Assembly: GCA_016840065.1 (NCBI GenBank)
Contig: JAEOTB010000101.1
Coordinates: 1 to 48,400 of the forward strand
Source of the DNA: Candidatus Hermodarchaeota archaeon
Lineage (GTDB): Archaea > Asgardarchaeota > Hermodarchaeia > Hermodarchaeales > Hermodarchaeaceae
Length of the DNA: 48,400 bases
Direction of reading: 5' to 3'
Part shown: positions 28,009-38,243 of the stretch, one piece after another
Position numbering within the stretch: position 1 is the stretch's first letter
How the letters are laid out: each line of letters starts with the position of its first letter
The notes under the pieces: generated by a model
What the model was told of the DNA's origin: nothing
The model's database searches: none
What the model saw: the letters and a program-made list of their open reading frames with translations, nothing else
Program-made: the position numbers and the translations under genes

Positions 28009-29220
28009 TTAACCCCATAACAACTTTGGCAGAAACTTAATTTTCGCAAGAAAGATTTTCGATAATTGAGCTAACAAGAAGGGGTTTGTAATGGATGCGG
28101 TGATAAGGCGCTCTTGCTGATCAATATCACCCTTCGTTTCAACTAGTTCACGTACACTGTTCTGTTGAAGTGTTTTGAATAATTTATCCAGTTCTTTGTC
28201 GCTGAGGCTATTTATTAGTCGACGAAGCAGCGCCATTTGATTTAGCTGTCTGCCACACGCTCTTCTCCATTGTTTCTCATGTCGAGATAACTGCTTGTGA
28301 GAATAGCGCCTGTTTCGCAAAGCACGGTGGACACTGGCTGCTGCAATTATTGCGCAACGTCCTCCGTAAACCACGCCACCACCTGAAGTTGCCTTGGTTT
28401 GACCTGCAGCGTCTCCAATAGCAATGAATCGCTCTGCAACCGTTTTTCCAGAGGGTCCGCCCGAATAAACTAGTCCGCCGTATCGTTTCTCGACTTTTGC
28501 ACCCTTTAGCATTGGTGTTTTGAACACGAACTTCTCCAGAGACTCACGTAATTTCCTACCTGCACTAGCCAAACCGATTCTTGCGCGATGTGCATCAAGT
28601 GGAATAATCCATAGGAAAAATTTCGGAGCAAGCCTATTATCAAAAAAGAGGTGAACCTTCTCCGTTGGCAATGATATATTCGAAACTTCGTATTGAAGCG
28701 CGCGAAGGATATACGATTTCTTGGGACCTGGAAGACCATTCTGCCTTGCAAGACGCGAACTGATACCCTCAGCGTCTACTACGACAAGTGCCTTGTATTC
28801 GCTTGTTGTTCCGCCATTCCGGACAGTTAATTTGACTCCAGTTCGTGTTAGCTGACACTTTGTTACACGATGGTTGACTAGCAGTTTTGCCCCCGCGGCT
28901 TCAGCTTCTCGTACAATTTGTTGGTCTAATAAATCCCGGTGAAGAATGTAGGCATGAGGCTTGCTCTTATCGACTGCCAGAGTTAATCCTGAAGGGGAAT
29001 GAAGGACCGAGCCATAGGCGCGATTAATTACTACTGATTTTTTAGGATGAATACCCAGGCCATGCAATCCCTCAATGCCTATAAGTCCTGCACAGTGAAC
29101 CGGATGACCTACCTGTTTGTGATCTTCAAGAAGAAGGACCGAAAGCCCTAGTCTGGCAAGTTGACGAGCAGCGAGCCCTCCAACAGGACCCGCTCCGATG
29201 ACAATAACTTCAGCGTCCAT
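28009..29220 (-). CDS. Geranylgeranyl reductase family FAD oxidoreductase
   Basis: IVIGAGPVG, PVHCAG, R..LDQ, DAEG, WI.P, GDAAGQ.K..SGGG. Confidence 0.88.
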   Translation of the reverse strand: MDAEVIVIGAGPVGGLAARQLARLGLSVLLLEDHKQVGHPVHCAGLIGIEGLHGLGIHPKKSVVINRAYGSVLHSPSGLTLAVDKSKPHAYILHRDLLDQQIVREAEAAGAKLLVNHRVTKCQLTRTGVKLTVRNGGTTSEYKALVVVDAEGISSRLARQNGLPGPKKSYILRALQYEVSNISLPTEKVHLFFDNRLAPKFFLWIIPLDAHRARIGLASAGRKLRESLEKFVFKTPMLKGAKVEKRYGGLVYSGGPSGKTVAERFIAIGDAAGQTKATSGGGVVYGGRCAIIAAASVHRALRNRRYSHKQLSRHEKQWRRACGRQLNQMALLRRLINSLSDKELDKLFKTLQQNSVRELVETKGDIDQQERLITASITNPFLLAQLSKIFLAKIKFLPKLLWG

Positions 29221-29463
29221 CCATAGCACCTTGAGTAATCAGAGACAACATAGCTACTTAAGATATCATACAGACGGATATGTATTTATTTTCAATAAGA
29301 GCGTTTTATTATTTAATAGAAGACAGGTTAGAGATAGTCTAGTAATACAAGTTGTCTTTTTCTGATTAGCGTATTTGACGTTACTAAGGAATAGGATAAA
29401 GTATTTCCAACTTCAACGACAGATTTAGGTTTAACATCCCTTTACAGATAGGAGGTCATTGTC

Positions 29464-29877
29464 TTGAATAAAAGAGTGCGGCTTTGTGGAAAGCTTCAGC
29501 GACGCAAAAGCAATTCAACGAATTTCGATTACAAGCAGGTACTAGTGATAAGAACTGATTTAAAGATGAGTCGAGGGAAAATTGGAGTTCAAGCAGCACA
29601 TGCTGCGGTGTCCGCTGCAGAAGAAGCTCGACATCACCATCCTTCTTGGTGGCAGAAGTGGTTCAATGAGGGGCAAAAGAAAGTAGCAGTGAAAGTAACC
29701 AGCAGGGAACGATTGCTTGAAGTTAAAGAGAAAGCTGTGAGGTTAGGTCTACCCTGTGTAGTCATTCGCGATCGTGGACTAACCGAGATTAAGCCAGGAA
29801 CAATAACAGCATTAGGTATTGGACCTGCCCCGGATGCTGATGTAGACAAAGCTACCAGTGACCTACCTCTGTTGTGA
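29464..29877 (+). CDS. pth2: Peptidyl-tRNA hydrolase Pth2
   Basis: KQVLVIRTDLKMSRGK...Q.AHA, GQKKV, DRGLTEI.PG..T.LGIGP. Confidence 0.96.
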   Translation: MNKRVRLCGKLQRRKSNSTNFDYKQVLVIRTDLKMSRGKIGVQAAHAAVSAAEEARHHHPSWWQKWFNEGQKKVAVKVTSRERLLEVKEKAVRLGLPCVVIRDRGLTEIKPGTITALGIGPAPDADVDKATSDLPLL

Positions 29878-29896
29878 GGCAAAAGGAGGTGCGCTA

Positions 29897-31219
29897 GTGG
29901 AGGCGAAGGTGTTCGATACGGTTATTGGCATCGACGTATTTTCAACAAATCACCCTGGTATAGGTGGACGCTTACGTGTTCACCCTGAGGACTTCATTGT
30001 CCAAGAGATTGGGATGGATGGCATCGTTGCACCTCTTGAACCAACACAAGTACAATTAACAGACAAGCCAGGCAAGTTTGTCGCCTTTTTTCTAGTCAAG
30101 CGAAACATTGACACAATTCAAGCCATTCGGAGGCTAAGCAAAGCCCTAAGAGTCAGTTACAAGCGTTTTTCGTATTCAGGCATAAAAGACCGGCGGGCCC
30201 TGACATCACAGCGTATTACTCTTTACAGAGCAAGTTGTGAAGACCTTGTCAATCGGGACATTCCAAATATTAGACTACTACACCCACATCGCGTTCCTAA
30301 ACCCATCCTTCCAGGCGAACATTATGGAAATAGGTTTCGTATTGTTATACGAAACCTTGAAGTGAAGGAAGAAGTTGAGCCACGAATCGTTGATATATCA
30401 AATAGTTGTAAAGAACTTGGAGGAGTCTTGAATTTTTTTGGCCCTCAGCGATTTGGGATTATCACCCCCACTACACACTTGATTGGAAAACAAATCATTA
30501 TAGGCAATCTTGAGGAAGCCATCCGTATTCTTGTTAGAAGAGATGACGAAAAGCTCCATCCCTCCGATGAAGCCTTTACTGGAAACGAGATTTCGAGAGA
30601 GCATTCAAGACGAACCCTAGATAGATCATTTGAACGTGCAGTCACTCACTATCTTGACAGACACCCAGGTGATTTTCAAGGCAGTCTAAGAGTGTTACCA
30701 AAAGGATTAGCCAGATTATACATTCATGCGTACCAATCATACCTCTTCAACAGAGCTGTAAGCGAGCGTGTGAAACAGGGTATTTCTCTACAACAGCCAT
30801 GTCTAGGAGATTTTGTGATACCAGCTTCGGGTGAGATCTACTCTGTTCGAATGGTAACTAGAGAAAATCTCGCAATTGCAGAAGAACGAGTTCGAAAGGA
30901 AAATTACAGAATTGTGATACCACTAATAGGATACGACTTCGAGAACATCACCTTCAATGGACCGATGGGAGAGATCCTTAATGAATTGATTGCTGATGAA
31001 CAGGTTGCGCCAGCTCAATTCCGTTTTACTCATCTCCCAGAGCTGAGTTCGCGCGGATCTTTTAGAACTCTTCTTGCTAACCCGATGAACTTTCAATACT
31101 CTATAACTAAAGAGGAACACGAGTCAGTAGTGACAATGAGTTTCGACCTACAGAAAGGTAGCTACGCTTCAGTGATACTTCGGGAGTTCATTAAACCACG
31201 TCTCATAACCCAGTTATAG
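29897..31219 (+). CDS. truD: tRNA pseudouridine(13) synthase TruD/Pus7
   Basis: PEDFIVQE, GIKDRRALT.Q, GNRF.I, NFFGPQRFG, HAYQSYLFN, KGSYA. Confidence 0.95.
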   Translation: MEAKVFDTVIGIDVFSTNHPGIGGRLRVHPEDFIVQEIGMDGIVAPLEPTQVQLTDKPGKFVAFFLVKRNIDTIQAIRRLSKALRVSYKRFSYSGIKDRRALTSQRITLYRASCEDLVNRDIPNIRLLHPHRVPKPILPGEHYGNRFRIVIRNLEVKEEVEPRIVDISNSCKELGGVLNFFGPQRFGIITPTTHLIGKQIIIGNLEEAIRILVRRDDEKLHPSDEAFTGNEISREHSRRTLDRSFERAVTHYLDRHPGDFQGSLRVLPKGLARLYIHAYQSYLFNRAVSERVKQGISLQQPCLGDFVIPASGEIYSVRMVTRENLAIAEERVRKENYRIVIPLIGYDFENITFNGPMGEILNELIADEQVAPAQFRFTHLPELSSRGSFRTLLANPMNFQYSITKEEHESVVTMSFDLQKGSYASVILREFIKPRLITQL

Positions 31220-31233
31220 TGCTTCGCTACCTA

Positions 31234-31743
31234 TCAGTCAAAAGAAATACGGATATGTTCCCCACTCAATTCGTACACAATTTCTTCAAGGCGGCTAATA
31301 TCGAGAGGAATTCGGGATTGATCACGACTACTGATACGTACTTTACGTTCAAAGCTGTTATCAGGAAGCCATATCGTGTTTATTCCCAATATTCGCACGG
31401 GACGTATTAGATCACGAAGGATATGTTGAGGGTTCCTACTTTCCTCAACCACACGAATATCTGAATTAAGTTCTTCTCTTGCAAGGCGCTGTATCTTTCT
31501 AAGAGCCGGGCGTAATCTACGACTATCACCCCGAGACACTAGAACCACTATCAATCCGTTTGCCTGCAATGCACGCACAAACGTTATATCTTTCAGAGAT
31601 GGAAAACTCTTCTCAAGATTCATGAGAACCCGAATTACCTTTACATCAAGTTCCGAAATCTCACCACTATCGATTTTTTCCTGACAATTATTACAGACAA
31701 GTGGATAATTCGTTAAACAAATTGAACACAATAGGGTCTTCAC
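31234..31743 (-). CDS. NusA-like KH protein with N-terminal Cys4 (NusA paralog)
   Basis: CxxC..CxxC, GEISELDV, IRVVE, LI.P..ILGIN.IW.PD. Confidence 0.75.
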   Translation of the reverse strand: MKTLLCSICLTNYPLVCNNCQEKIDSGEISELDVKVIRVLMNLEKSFPSLKDITFVRALQANGLIVVLVSRGDSRRLRPALRKIQRLAREELNSDIRVVEESRNPQHILRDLIRPVRILGINTIWLPDNSFERKVRISSRDQSRIPLDISRLEEIVYELSGEHIRISFD

Positions 31744-31915
31744 AATTTGAACCTCTAGTTAAGACAGCAACAGGATTCTTCGAGAAAAGACTACGAACAA
31801 ATTCTAAAAAAGGTTCCCATCGAGCATTGTCATAATTGTAGAAAATACTTTACATTCGAAAGGCTGAAAAAGTGAGGTTCGAATTCGGGAAATACGGTTC
31901 CTCCGGTGTGACAGA

Positions 31916-32404
31916 ATGGAGCTAGTTGATAGGGTTGTTCGTCTCTCAGAGCGGCAACTTGAAATATTACGCAAATTATACTTAGCCAGTATTCCTGTGT
32001 CTTTCCATACAGTGGCAAGGACTCAAGCACAGTTAGCCAAAGAATTAAAGATTACTCGCCAAGCCCTAAGTAATCACCTCAGGAAACTTCGTTCGTTGAA
32101 GCTGATTAGGACTGGTCGGGGTTTCATCGATTTATCTCCTGATTGCTTGCGTTTGCTTGGTAAATCAACAGATGAGGCGTTTGTTTTTCTTAAGGTACAA
32201 CCTAAATATCGGATGGAAGTACTTGAAAAGGTTAAGGTACTTCAACCACTTCAAGTGCAGCGTGTAACAGGATCTTTTGATATAGTTGTTTTAGTTAGTA
32301 GCGCCGATTTGGCGGAATTCCTGTCGAAGGTTGTAGATATCGTAGGAGTCGAATCCACATCAACACACACCATTCTGACAACATGGACCTCTCGAACTAC
32401 ATGA
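31916..32404 (+). CDS. Lrp/AsnC-family transcriptional regulator
   Basis: HTH (TQAQLAKELKITRQALSNHLRKL) plus RAM-like domain (RVTGSFD, GVEST.T). Confidence 0.85.
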   Translation: MELVDRVVRLSERQLEILRKLYLASIPVSFHTVARTQAQLAKELKITRQALSNHLRKLRSLKLIRTGRGFIDLSPDCLRLLGKSTDEAFVFLKVQPKYRMEVLEKVKVLQPLQVQRVTGSFDIVVLVSSADLAEFLSKVVDIVGVESTSTHTILTTWTSRTT

Positions 32405-32420
32405 TAAGGGATGTGTCTAA

Positions 32421-33572
32421 GTGCGGCAATTTGAGTTTGAGGCAAAAGAATCGTTTCGAAAAGTTGGGCTCTCCATTCCACGTGGACGCCTAGCGAAAAG
32501 TAGCGAAGAAGCTGAGCGAATAGCCACAGAGTTATCCTGCCCTGTTATTCTGAAGGTGCAGGTGCTGTCAGGTGGGCGCGGTAAAGCAGGCGGTATTAAA
32601 CGGGCTGAAAATCCTAAAGAAGCTCGAGTAATTGCTGACCAATTATTAGGAATGGAAATTCATGGACATCAAGTTAGAAGCATCCTTGTCGAGGAATGTC
32701 TAGATATAGCCCAAGAAATCTATATTGGAATTACAGTTGATAGGGCTAATCGCAGACCTGTAGCAATCTGTAGTGGAATGGGTGGTGTTGATATCGAGAA
32801 GGTGGCTGAGGAGTACCCAGAGAAGATTGCTAGGTTAGCAGTTAATCCACTTATGGGACTGCGCGAGTTTGAGGCCCGCAGGTTAGTCAAGATTGCTGGG
32901 TTCAAAGGCAAACCACTACTCCAATTATCCAGAATTGTAATGCAATTGTGGCGAGTGTTTTCTGATAATGACGCAGAACTCACTGAAATCAATCCATTAA
33001 TCGTGACAACAGACGGGGAATACATTGCCGCTGATGCCCGACTAAATGTAGATGATAGTTCCCTCTTTCGTCACAAAGCCTTAATGGAACGATTGGAGAC
33101 AGGTGTCGCTGAGTTAACAGAGCTTGAGCTACGTGCCCGAGAAGTGGGCATGACATACGTTGAGTTGAAAGGGGATATCGGTATTATTGGTAATGGAGCA
33201 GGTCTTGTTATGGCAACGATGGACGCTGTTCACTATCATGGTGGTAAACCAGCTAACTTCCTTGATGTAGGAGGCGGCGCCACTGCAGAACGCATGACAC
33301 AAGCATTGGACATTGTCCTCTCCCATCCAGATGTGAAAGGGGTTTTCATTAACATCCTTGGTGGCATCACTCGGTGTGATGAGATGGCGAATGGCATCGT
33401 TGCTTCTCAGAAGAATCTAAGACGTGAAGTCCCCATGGCTATTCGGTTAATAGGAACGCGAGAGAAAGAAGGTGCAGAGATACTACGGAAAGCCAAGATA
33501 CCCTTCCTCGAAACGATGGATGCAGCAGCCCGTCTTATTGTAGAGAAAATCGTAGGAGGTAGTTCAGCATGA
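32421..33572 (+). CDS. sucC: Succinyl-CoA synthetase beta subunit
   Basis: [43 protein letters not shown]. Confidence 0.95.
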   Translation: MRQFEFEAKESFRKVGLSIPRGRLAKSSEEAERIATELSCPVILKVQVLSGGRGKAGGIKRAENPKEARVIADQLLGMEIHGHQVRSILVEECLDIAQEIYIGITVDRANRRPVAICSGMGGVDIEKVAEEYPEKIARLAVNPLMGLREFEARRLVKIAGFKGKPLLQLSRIVMQLWRVFSDNDAELTEINPLIVTTDGEYIAADARLNVDDSSLFRHKALMERLETGVAELTELELRAREVGMTYVELKGDIGIIGNGAGLVMATMDAVHYHGGKPANFLDVGGGATAERMTQALDIVLSHPDVKGVFINILGGITRCDEMANGIVASQKNLRREVPMAIRLIGTREKEGAEILRKAKIPFLETMDAAARLIVEKIVGGSSA

Positions 33573-34444
33573 CTGTCTTAATCGACAATAAAACCCGAGC
33601 TGTGGTTCAGGGAATAACAGGACGAGAAGGCACGTTCCATGCAAAGGCAATGCAGGAATACGGTACAAAGATCCTTGCTGGCACAACACCAGGAAAAGGT
33701 GGACAAGAAGTAGATGGAATTCCTGTATTCGACAGTGTCATCGAAGCTACTGAACAATTCCCAGAGATAAACGCGTCAATCATCTTTGTACCAGCCCGAT
33801 TTGCAGCAGACGCAGTAAATGAAGCTCTAGATGCCAAGCTCGAGGTCATTGTTGCCATTACAGAGCACATCCCATTACATGACGAAATGAAATTCGTAGC
33901 CCTAGCACATCAACAAGGAAGCTACATTATTGGCCCAAACACTCCAGGAGCTATTTCACCCGGGCAATGTAAGTTAGGAATCATGCCAGCTCATGTATTC
34001 AAACCTGGTAAGATTGGACTAATCTCAAGAAGCGGCACTCTCACCTACGAAGTAGCAGCAAGCCTTAGTGGGGCTGGATTTGGTCAATCAACCGCTATTG
34101 GATTAGGTGGTGATCCCATGACAGGAATGTCATTTATTGACGCCCTTAAGTTATTTGAAAAAGATAAGGATACTGACGCTACAGTTCTTATTGGGGAGAT
34201 AGGGGGACGCGCTGAAGAAGATGCTGCAGAGTACATCAAAGAGAACATCACCAAACCAGTCATAGCTTATGTTGCTGGGCGCACTGCCCCAAAGGGTAAG
34301 CGTATGGGACACGCTGGAGCAATTGTCAGCGGTAGGAGCGGCACAGCGGATAGCAAAATTGCCGCCCTCCGAGAAGCAGGCGCCACAGTAATCGAACGTC
34401 CAATAGATGTTGATGAAGCTTTACAAACCATACTGAAATCTTAA
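33569..34444 (+). CDS. sucD: Succinyl-CoA synthetase alpha subunit
   Basis: [29 protein letters not shown] (phospho-His). Confidence 0.96.
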   Translation: MTVLIDNKTRAVVQGITGREGTFHAKAMQEYGTKILAGTTPGKGGQEVDGIPVFDSVIEATEQFPEINASIIFVPARFAADAVNEALDAKLEVIVAITEHIPLHDEMKFVALAHQQGSYIIGPNTPGAISPGQCKLGIMPAHVFKPGKIGLISRSGTLTYEVAASLSGAGFGQSTAIGLGGDPMTGMSFIDALKLFEKDKDTDATVLIGEIGGRAEEDAAEYIKENITKPVIAYVAGRTAPKGKRMGHAGAIVSGRSGTADSKIAALREAGATVIERPIDVDEALQTILKS

Positions 34445-34505
34445 ATCCCGTCTAGGGAATTTTTATAAGGCTTGGTGGGGAAGCGAGACCGAACAGGTGA
34501 AACAT

Positions 34506-34667
34506 ATGCCCGTTGCTGATCCAGAGAAACGTCGTATCGCACTAGCGCATCTACTTTATGTAACAATCTGTAGAGACTGTGGGGCTAAGAATCCCTTTAA
34601 AGCTACAAAGTGTCGTCGATGCCGTCGCAAGAATTTACGTCCAAAGCGGCGTGAACTTACGAAGTAA
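34506..34667 (+). CDS. rpl40e: Ribosomal protein L40e (unfused); not in ORF track
   Basis: Manual translation MPVADPEKRRIALAHLLYVTICRDCGAKNPFKATKCRRCRRKNLRPKRRELTK; AGGTGA SD. Confidence 0.93.
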   Translation: MPVADPEKRRIALAHLLYVTICRDCGAKNPFKATKCRRCRRKNLRPKRRELTK

Positions 34668-34683
34668 TCAGCAGATTTCAATT

Positions 34684-34818
34684 GGGCCGGTGGTCTAGCC
34701 AGTCAACTGATTCAAAGAACTGGGGCAATGGTATGACGCCGCCCTCACTGGTGCCAGAGACTTTCTGGACCCGAGGATACGGCGGAGGTCGCGTGTTCAA
34801 TCCACGCCCGGCCCACCA
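34684..34818 (+). tRNA. tRNA-Val(CAC) with two introns (D-loop ~34699-34728; anticodon loop ~34749-34778)
   Basis: Acceptor GGGCCGG/CCGGCCC + ACCA; anticodon stem CCGCC/GGCGG, loop CT-CAC-AC after splicing; T arm GCGTG-TTCAATC-CACGC; both inserts form BHB-like junctions. Confidence 0.88.
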
Positions 34819-34915
34819 ACTACCTCCAGTTACTTCTGTGACTCGACATCATCCGTATTAACACAAGTCTTTTAAGTTGCGATTTTGCCTCTTACCAGTC
34901 TGAACGGTGATAGCA

Positions 34916-35110
34916 ATGCCACGCGAGGTTCAAACTGAAGAAGAATTTCTTACTATACTAGAGCGCGCAGTCGAAGTTCGTGTGAAAAGGTTACAGGAAA
35001 CAGTCAAGCTCAAGTTAAGGACTAGTCGTTACTTATACACCTTCAAATGTGACACAGCGACTGCTGAAAGGCTAATAGGTAGAATAAAGATTCCTATTGT
35101 TGATGTGTAA
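34916..35110 (+). CDS. rpl38e: Ribosomal protein L38e
   Basis: MPREV...EEFL, KLKLRTSRYLYT. Confidence 0.92.
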   Translation: MPREVQTEEEFLTILERAVEVRVKRLQETVKLKLRTSRYLYTFKCDTATAERLIGRIKIPIVDV

Positions 35111-35138
35111 CCTTCCTCAGCTACTAGTGTTATCTGCT

Positions 35139-36014
35139 CTATGGGATGAATGGGAGAAGTAAGCGGAGGAGGAAACCCAGTAGCAAACCCAGAAGACCCA
35201 AGCTCACTGGAACGGGAAGTCCAGGCATCAAACCACGTGTTTCTAACATTCGCAGTGTGATACGGAAACCAGCAACAACTCCTACAACTGTGAATAATGT
35301 GGGTAGGAATCCGAAATTCACAACTGCTAGCACTGTCATCATACAATAGAATGCAACGTCTCCCAAACCAATATCCCATTCTTTTGTTGATACGGCGAGG
35401 GCACCTAGTTTTTCAGGACTGTCATCTGTTAGTTCTACAATCTTTCGGATTGGCCCTTTCTTCACACTGAAGTAATCGTAAATTGATAAAGCAATCAGAA
35501 GGAGAATACCAGTCAAACCGGGTAAAACAACTCCCAGAAAAGCGCCGATACCTGACCCGAAGATTAAGAGTCCTGCGTTTTTATTCCGATTCTCGGGCTC
35601 AACCATGACGAAAGCAAGACTAGCCGTAGAAGCGAATGCGATAAGGATTACGACAGCAAGAAGGAAATCAAACTCCACAACTAGAAGAAACATGTAACCG
35701 AAATACGTAATGATTACAATTCCTATGAACACAAATGCTCCCATGAGAATATATCGAAGAAGATTTTCACGTCCATACTTGAGTAGAATTATGACAAAAA
35801 CCGCACCAACAGTCGCAAGAACCACAAATAGAATCGCATTGGCAATAGCACCGCCAACGCCAAAGACTGCCTCTGAGATAGGTTCTGCGTATAGCCTACT
35901 ACCTGAGAGGAACACTATGATACCTAGAAGGAACGCGCCAATCATCGCGACTATTAGATTCCCCATTATTGTGCCAATACTTTCTCCTGAAATCACGGGT
36001 ATATCTTCTGTCAT
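35139..36014 (-). CDS. Presenilin-family (GxGD) intramembrane aspartyl protease
   Basis: Polytopic; IYD..SV..GPIR.IVE, GLGD..FY, PGLP (PAL-like). Confidence 0.9.
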   Translation of the reverse strand: MTEDIPVISGESIGTIMGNLIVAMIGAFLLGIIVFLSGSRLYAEPISEAVFGVGGAIANAILFVVLATVGAVFVIILLKYGRENLLRYILMGAFVFIGIVIITYFGYMFLLVVEFDFLLAVVILIAFASTASLAFVMVEPENRNKNAGLLIFGSGIGAFLGVVLPGLTGILLLIALSIYDYFSVKKGPIRKIVELTDDSPEKLGALAVSTKEWDIGLGDVAFYCMMTVLAVVNFGFLPTLFTVVGVVAGFRITLRMLETRGLMPGLPVPVSLGLLGLLLGFLLRLLLPFIP

Positions 36015-36034
36015 ATATTTTCACTCCATTATCG

Positions 36035-37297
36035 TCATAGTTCTATACGCTGCCCTGTTTCTGCAGCAGATGCATTTGCACCACATTTTTCTTTGAGAGT
36101 AGATGCTAGGGACTCGCATGCTTCTGGTTCGCCGTGGACAGTAAATATGTTCTGGGCATTCGAAAAAGACCTACCCAATCCCAATAATTCATCTTGACCT
36201 GCGTGTGACGAGAAATCGAATAGGCGGACTCGAGCTTTAACCTTTTGAAGGCTTACCCCATCATCGAAAACATTATTTTCCAATAGATTACGTCCAGGAG
36301 TTCCAGGAATCTGAAACCCAACAAGCAATACTGCGTTCTTGACATCGTCTAAAATCTGACGCAGATACATTGCAGCAGCACCACCCTTCAGCATGCCAGC
36401 TGGAGCTACCATGACACAAGCCTCATTCATCACGTTTGTACGTTGACGTTTACTACGAATCCAAATTGCTTTCTTAAGAGCAGTCCGTAGAAGTGGATAA
36501 TCACGGAAGACGGACGGATGGCGAAGGAAAATACGAGCAGCTTCTCGGGCCATCCCATCTAGAAAGATAGGGCATTCAACTTTGTGTTTAGCGAGAATAC
36601 ACAATATCTCTTGTGATCGTGCTACAGCAAAGGCTGGAACTAATACTGAGCCCCCACCTTCAATTGTCTCAGTAACCGCTTCAACGAAGCTTCTCTCAAT
36701 CTGAGGACGTGGGTCATGGGGGGTTAAGGCATAAGTGCTCTCGAGAAGAACAATATCAGGGCTTTTCTCAGGAAGCTGTGCCCTATTAAGCATCTGTGTT
36801 TGGATAGTATTAATGTCACCCGTATAATAGAAACAGTGTGTGTCAGTTTCAACCTGAATCGATGCACTACCAGGTATATGACCTGCATCAAGAAAAGTGA
36901 GTGTTATTCCATTCCCCAAATCCACAGGCTCATCATACTGCACTACTTTGATTCGACGGAAAAGCCGCCGCATTTCAAACGCCTCGAAGGGCAGGTAATA
37001 CCCGCTAATACGGATGAAATCCTTTAGGAGGACACGGATTAGTTCACGAGTTATTGCAGTCATATATACCGGTGCAGAACCACTTGCAAAGAGTAGTGGT
37101 AGCCCACCACTGTGATCTAAGTGCGCGTGAGTTAAGGCGACTGACAGGTTTCGAGGGCGAGTAAGTTTAGGGAAAGAGGGAGTAGGAGAGCCAAAGGATA
37201 CACCAAAATCCATCAAGACTGAGGCTTTATCATCTTCGATTAGGTAGGCAGAACTGCCTATTGTCTTACAACCGCCCAGAAAGTGGATGTGGGTCAA
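36035..37297 (-). CDS. Metallo-beta-lactamase/beta-CASP ribonuclease (aCPSF2-like)
   Basis: THAHLDHSG, AGHIPGS, TGD, ESTY, SSHAG, VHGE; no KH domains. Confidence 0.9.
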   Translation of the reverse strand: MTHIHFLGGCKTIGSSAYLIEDDKASVLMDFGVSFGSPTPSFPKLTRPRNLSVALTHAHLDHSGGLPLLFASGSAPVYMTAITRELIRVLLKDFIRISGYYLPFEAFEMRRLFRRIKVVQYDEPVDLGNGITLTFLDAGHIPGSASIQVETDTHCFYYTGDINTIQTQMLNRAQLPEKSPDIVLLESTYALTPHDPRPQIERSFVEAVTETIEGGGSVLVPAFAVARSQEILCILAKHKVECPIFLDGMAREAARIFLRHPSVFRDYPLLRTALKKAIWIRSKRQRTNVMNEACVMVAPAGMLKGGAAAMYLRQILDDVKNAVLLVGFQIPGTPGRNLLENNVFDDGVSLQKVKARVRLFDFSSHAGQDELLGLGRSFSNAQNIFTVHGEPEACESLASTLKEKCGANASAAETGQRIEL

Positions 37298-37498
37298 CCC
37301 ATTTATTCCCCTGATTTCATTTTTCCTGAACTATTAACTAATCTTATCGCCAGCACACAGAGCAGCCATAAATGCTTTTCGAAACATTGTCATTACATAT
37401 GGTAATTGCTTGTAGTAGTAAAAGGTCCTAATTAGTCAATAAGACTTAAAACACCCCACAATCTTGCGCTACTCGCATCTTGAGTGGGTGTGAAGAAA

Positions 37499-38236
37499 AT
37501 GGACTATGTTGACGAAATCGAGATTATCATTAAGGACAAGGACTTTGACCCAAAGGGTAAAGTTTTGATTGGTGGGTTTCACTCGGCTTTGGGTGAGTGT
37601 GGGTACATATTAATTCGTCACCTAGTCGCCCAAGAAGGTGTGAAACCAATTGGCTACATCATTAGTCCTCTCGTACCACCACATGTTTTCCTTGGGGATG
37701 GAAGGCTTCTACTTCCTATCGAGCTTTATAGCTATGATCGTTTCATTCTTCTCTTCACGCGCCTACAACCCCACCGAGCAGAATGGACACCTTTCACTGT
37801 GGCCATTGCTGAATGGGCACAAAAGAACGGACTTCAAGAAGCGCTCTTGCTTGGTGGGTTGGATATACAATTTGCCACTGACGATAGTAAGTTTCGTTGT
37901 GCACCAACAACTGCTTATCGGAAGAAAGCAGAAGAACAAGAGCTACCTATCCTTGAAGACGGGCGGGGTATCTACGGGCCGCTTGCACTTCTTCTAGCAA
38001 GCTTCGAAATCCGAGATTTTCCTGCAGTAGCGGTGCTACCTTATGCTCAGCGTGGTCGTCCTGACCCTAGAGCAGCTAGTGTTGCCATTGAAGTCTTAAA
38101 CAAGCTCTATAATCTTGATGTGAGTATCGAGGAGCTTATGCAAGACGCGGATACAATTGAGAACGAGATTAAGCAATTGCTTGAGCGTCAGCGCGAGCGG
38201 GAGCCTGACCGAGACCTAGGTGGCATGTTCGCCTAA
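37499..38236 (+). CDS. PAC2-family proteasome assembly chaperone
   Basis: LIGGF...G..G, LLLGG, I.GP.A.LL, PDPRAA, L...A..IE. Confidence 0.9.
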   Translation: MDYVDEIEIIIKDKDFDPKGKVLIGGFHSALGECGYILIRHLVAQEGVKPIGYIISPLVPPHVFLGDGRLLLPIELYSYDRFILLFTRLQPHRAEWTPFTVAIAEWAQKNGLQEALLLGGLDIQFATDDSKFRCAPTTAYRKKAEEQELPILEDGRGIYGPLALLLASFEIRDFPAVAVLPYAQRGRPDPRAASVAIEVLNKLYNLDVSIEELMQDADTIENEIKQLLERQREREPDRDLGGMFA

Positions 38237-38243
38237 CAATAAT

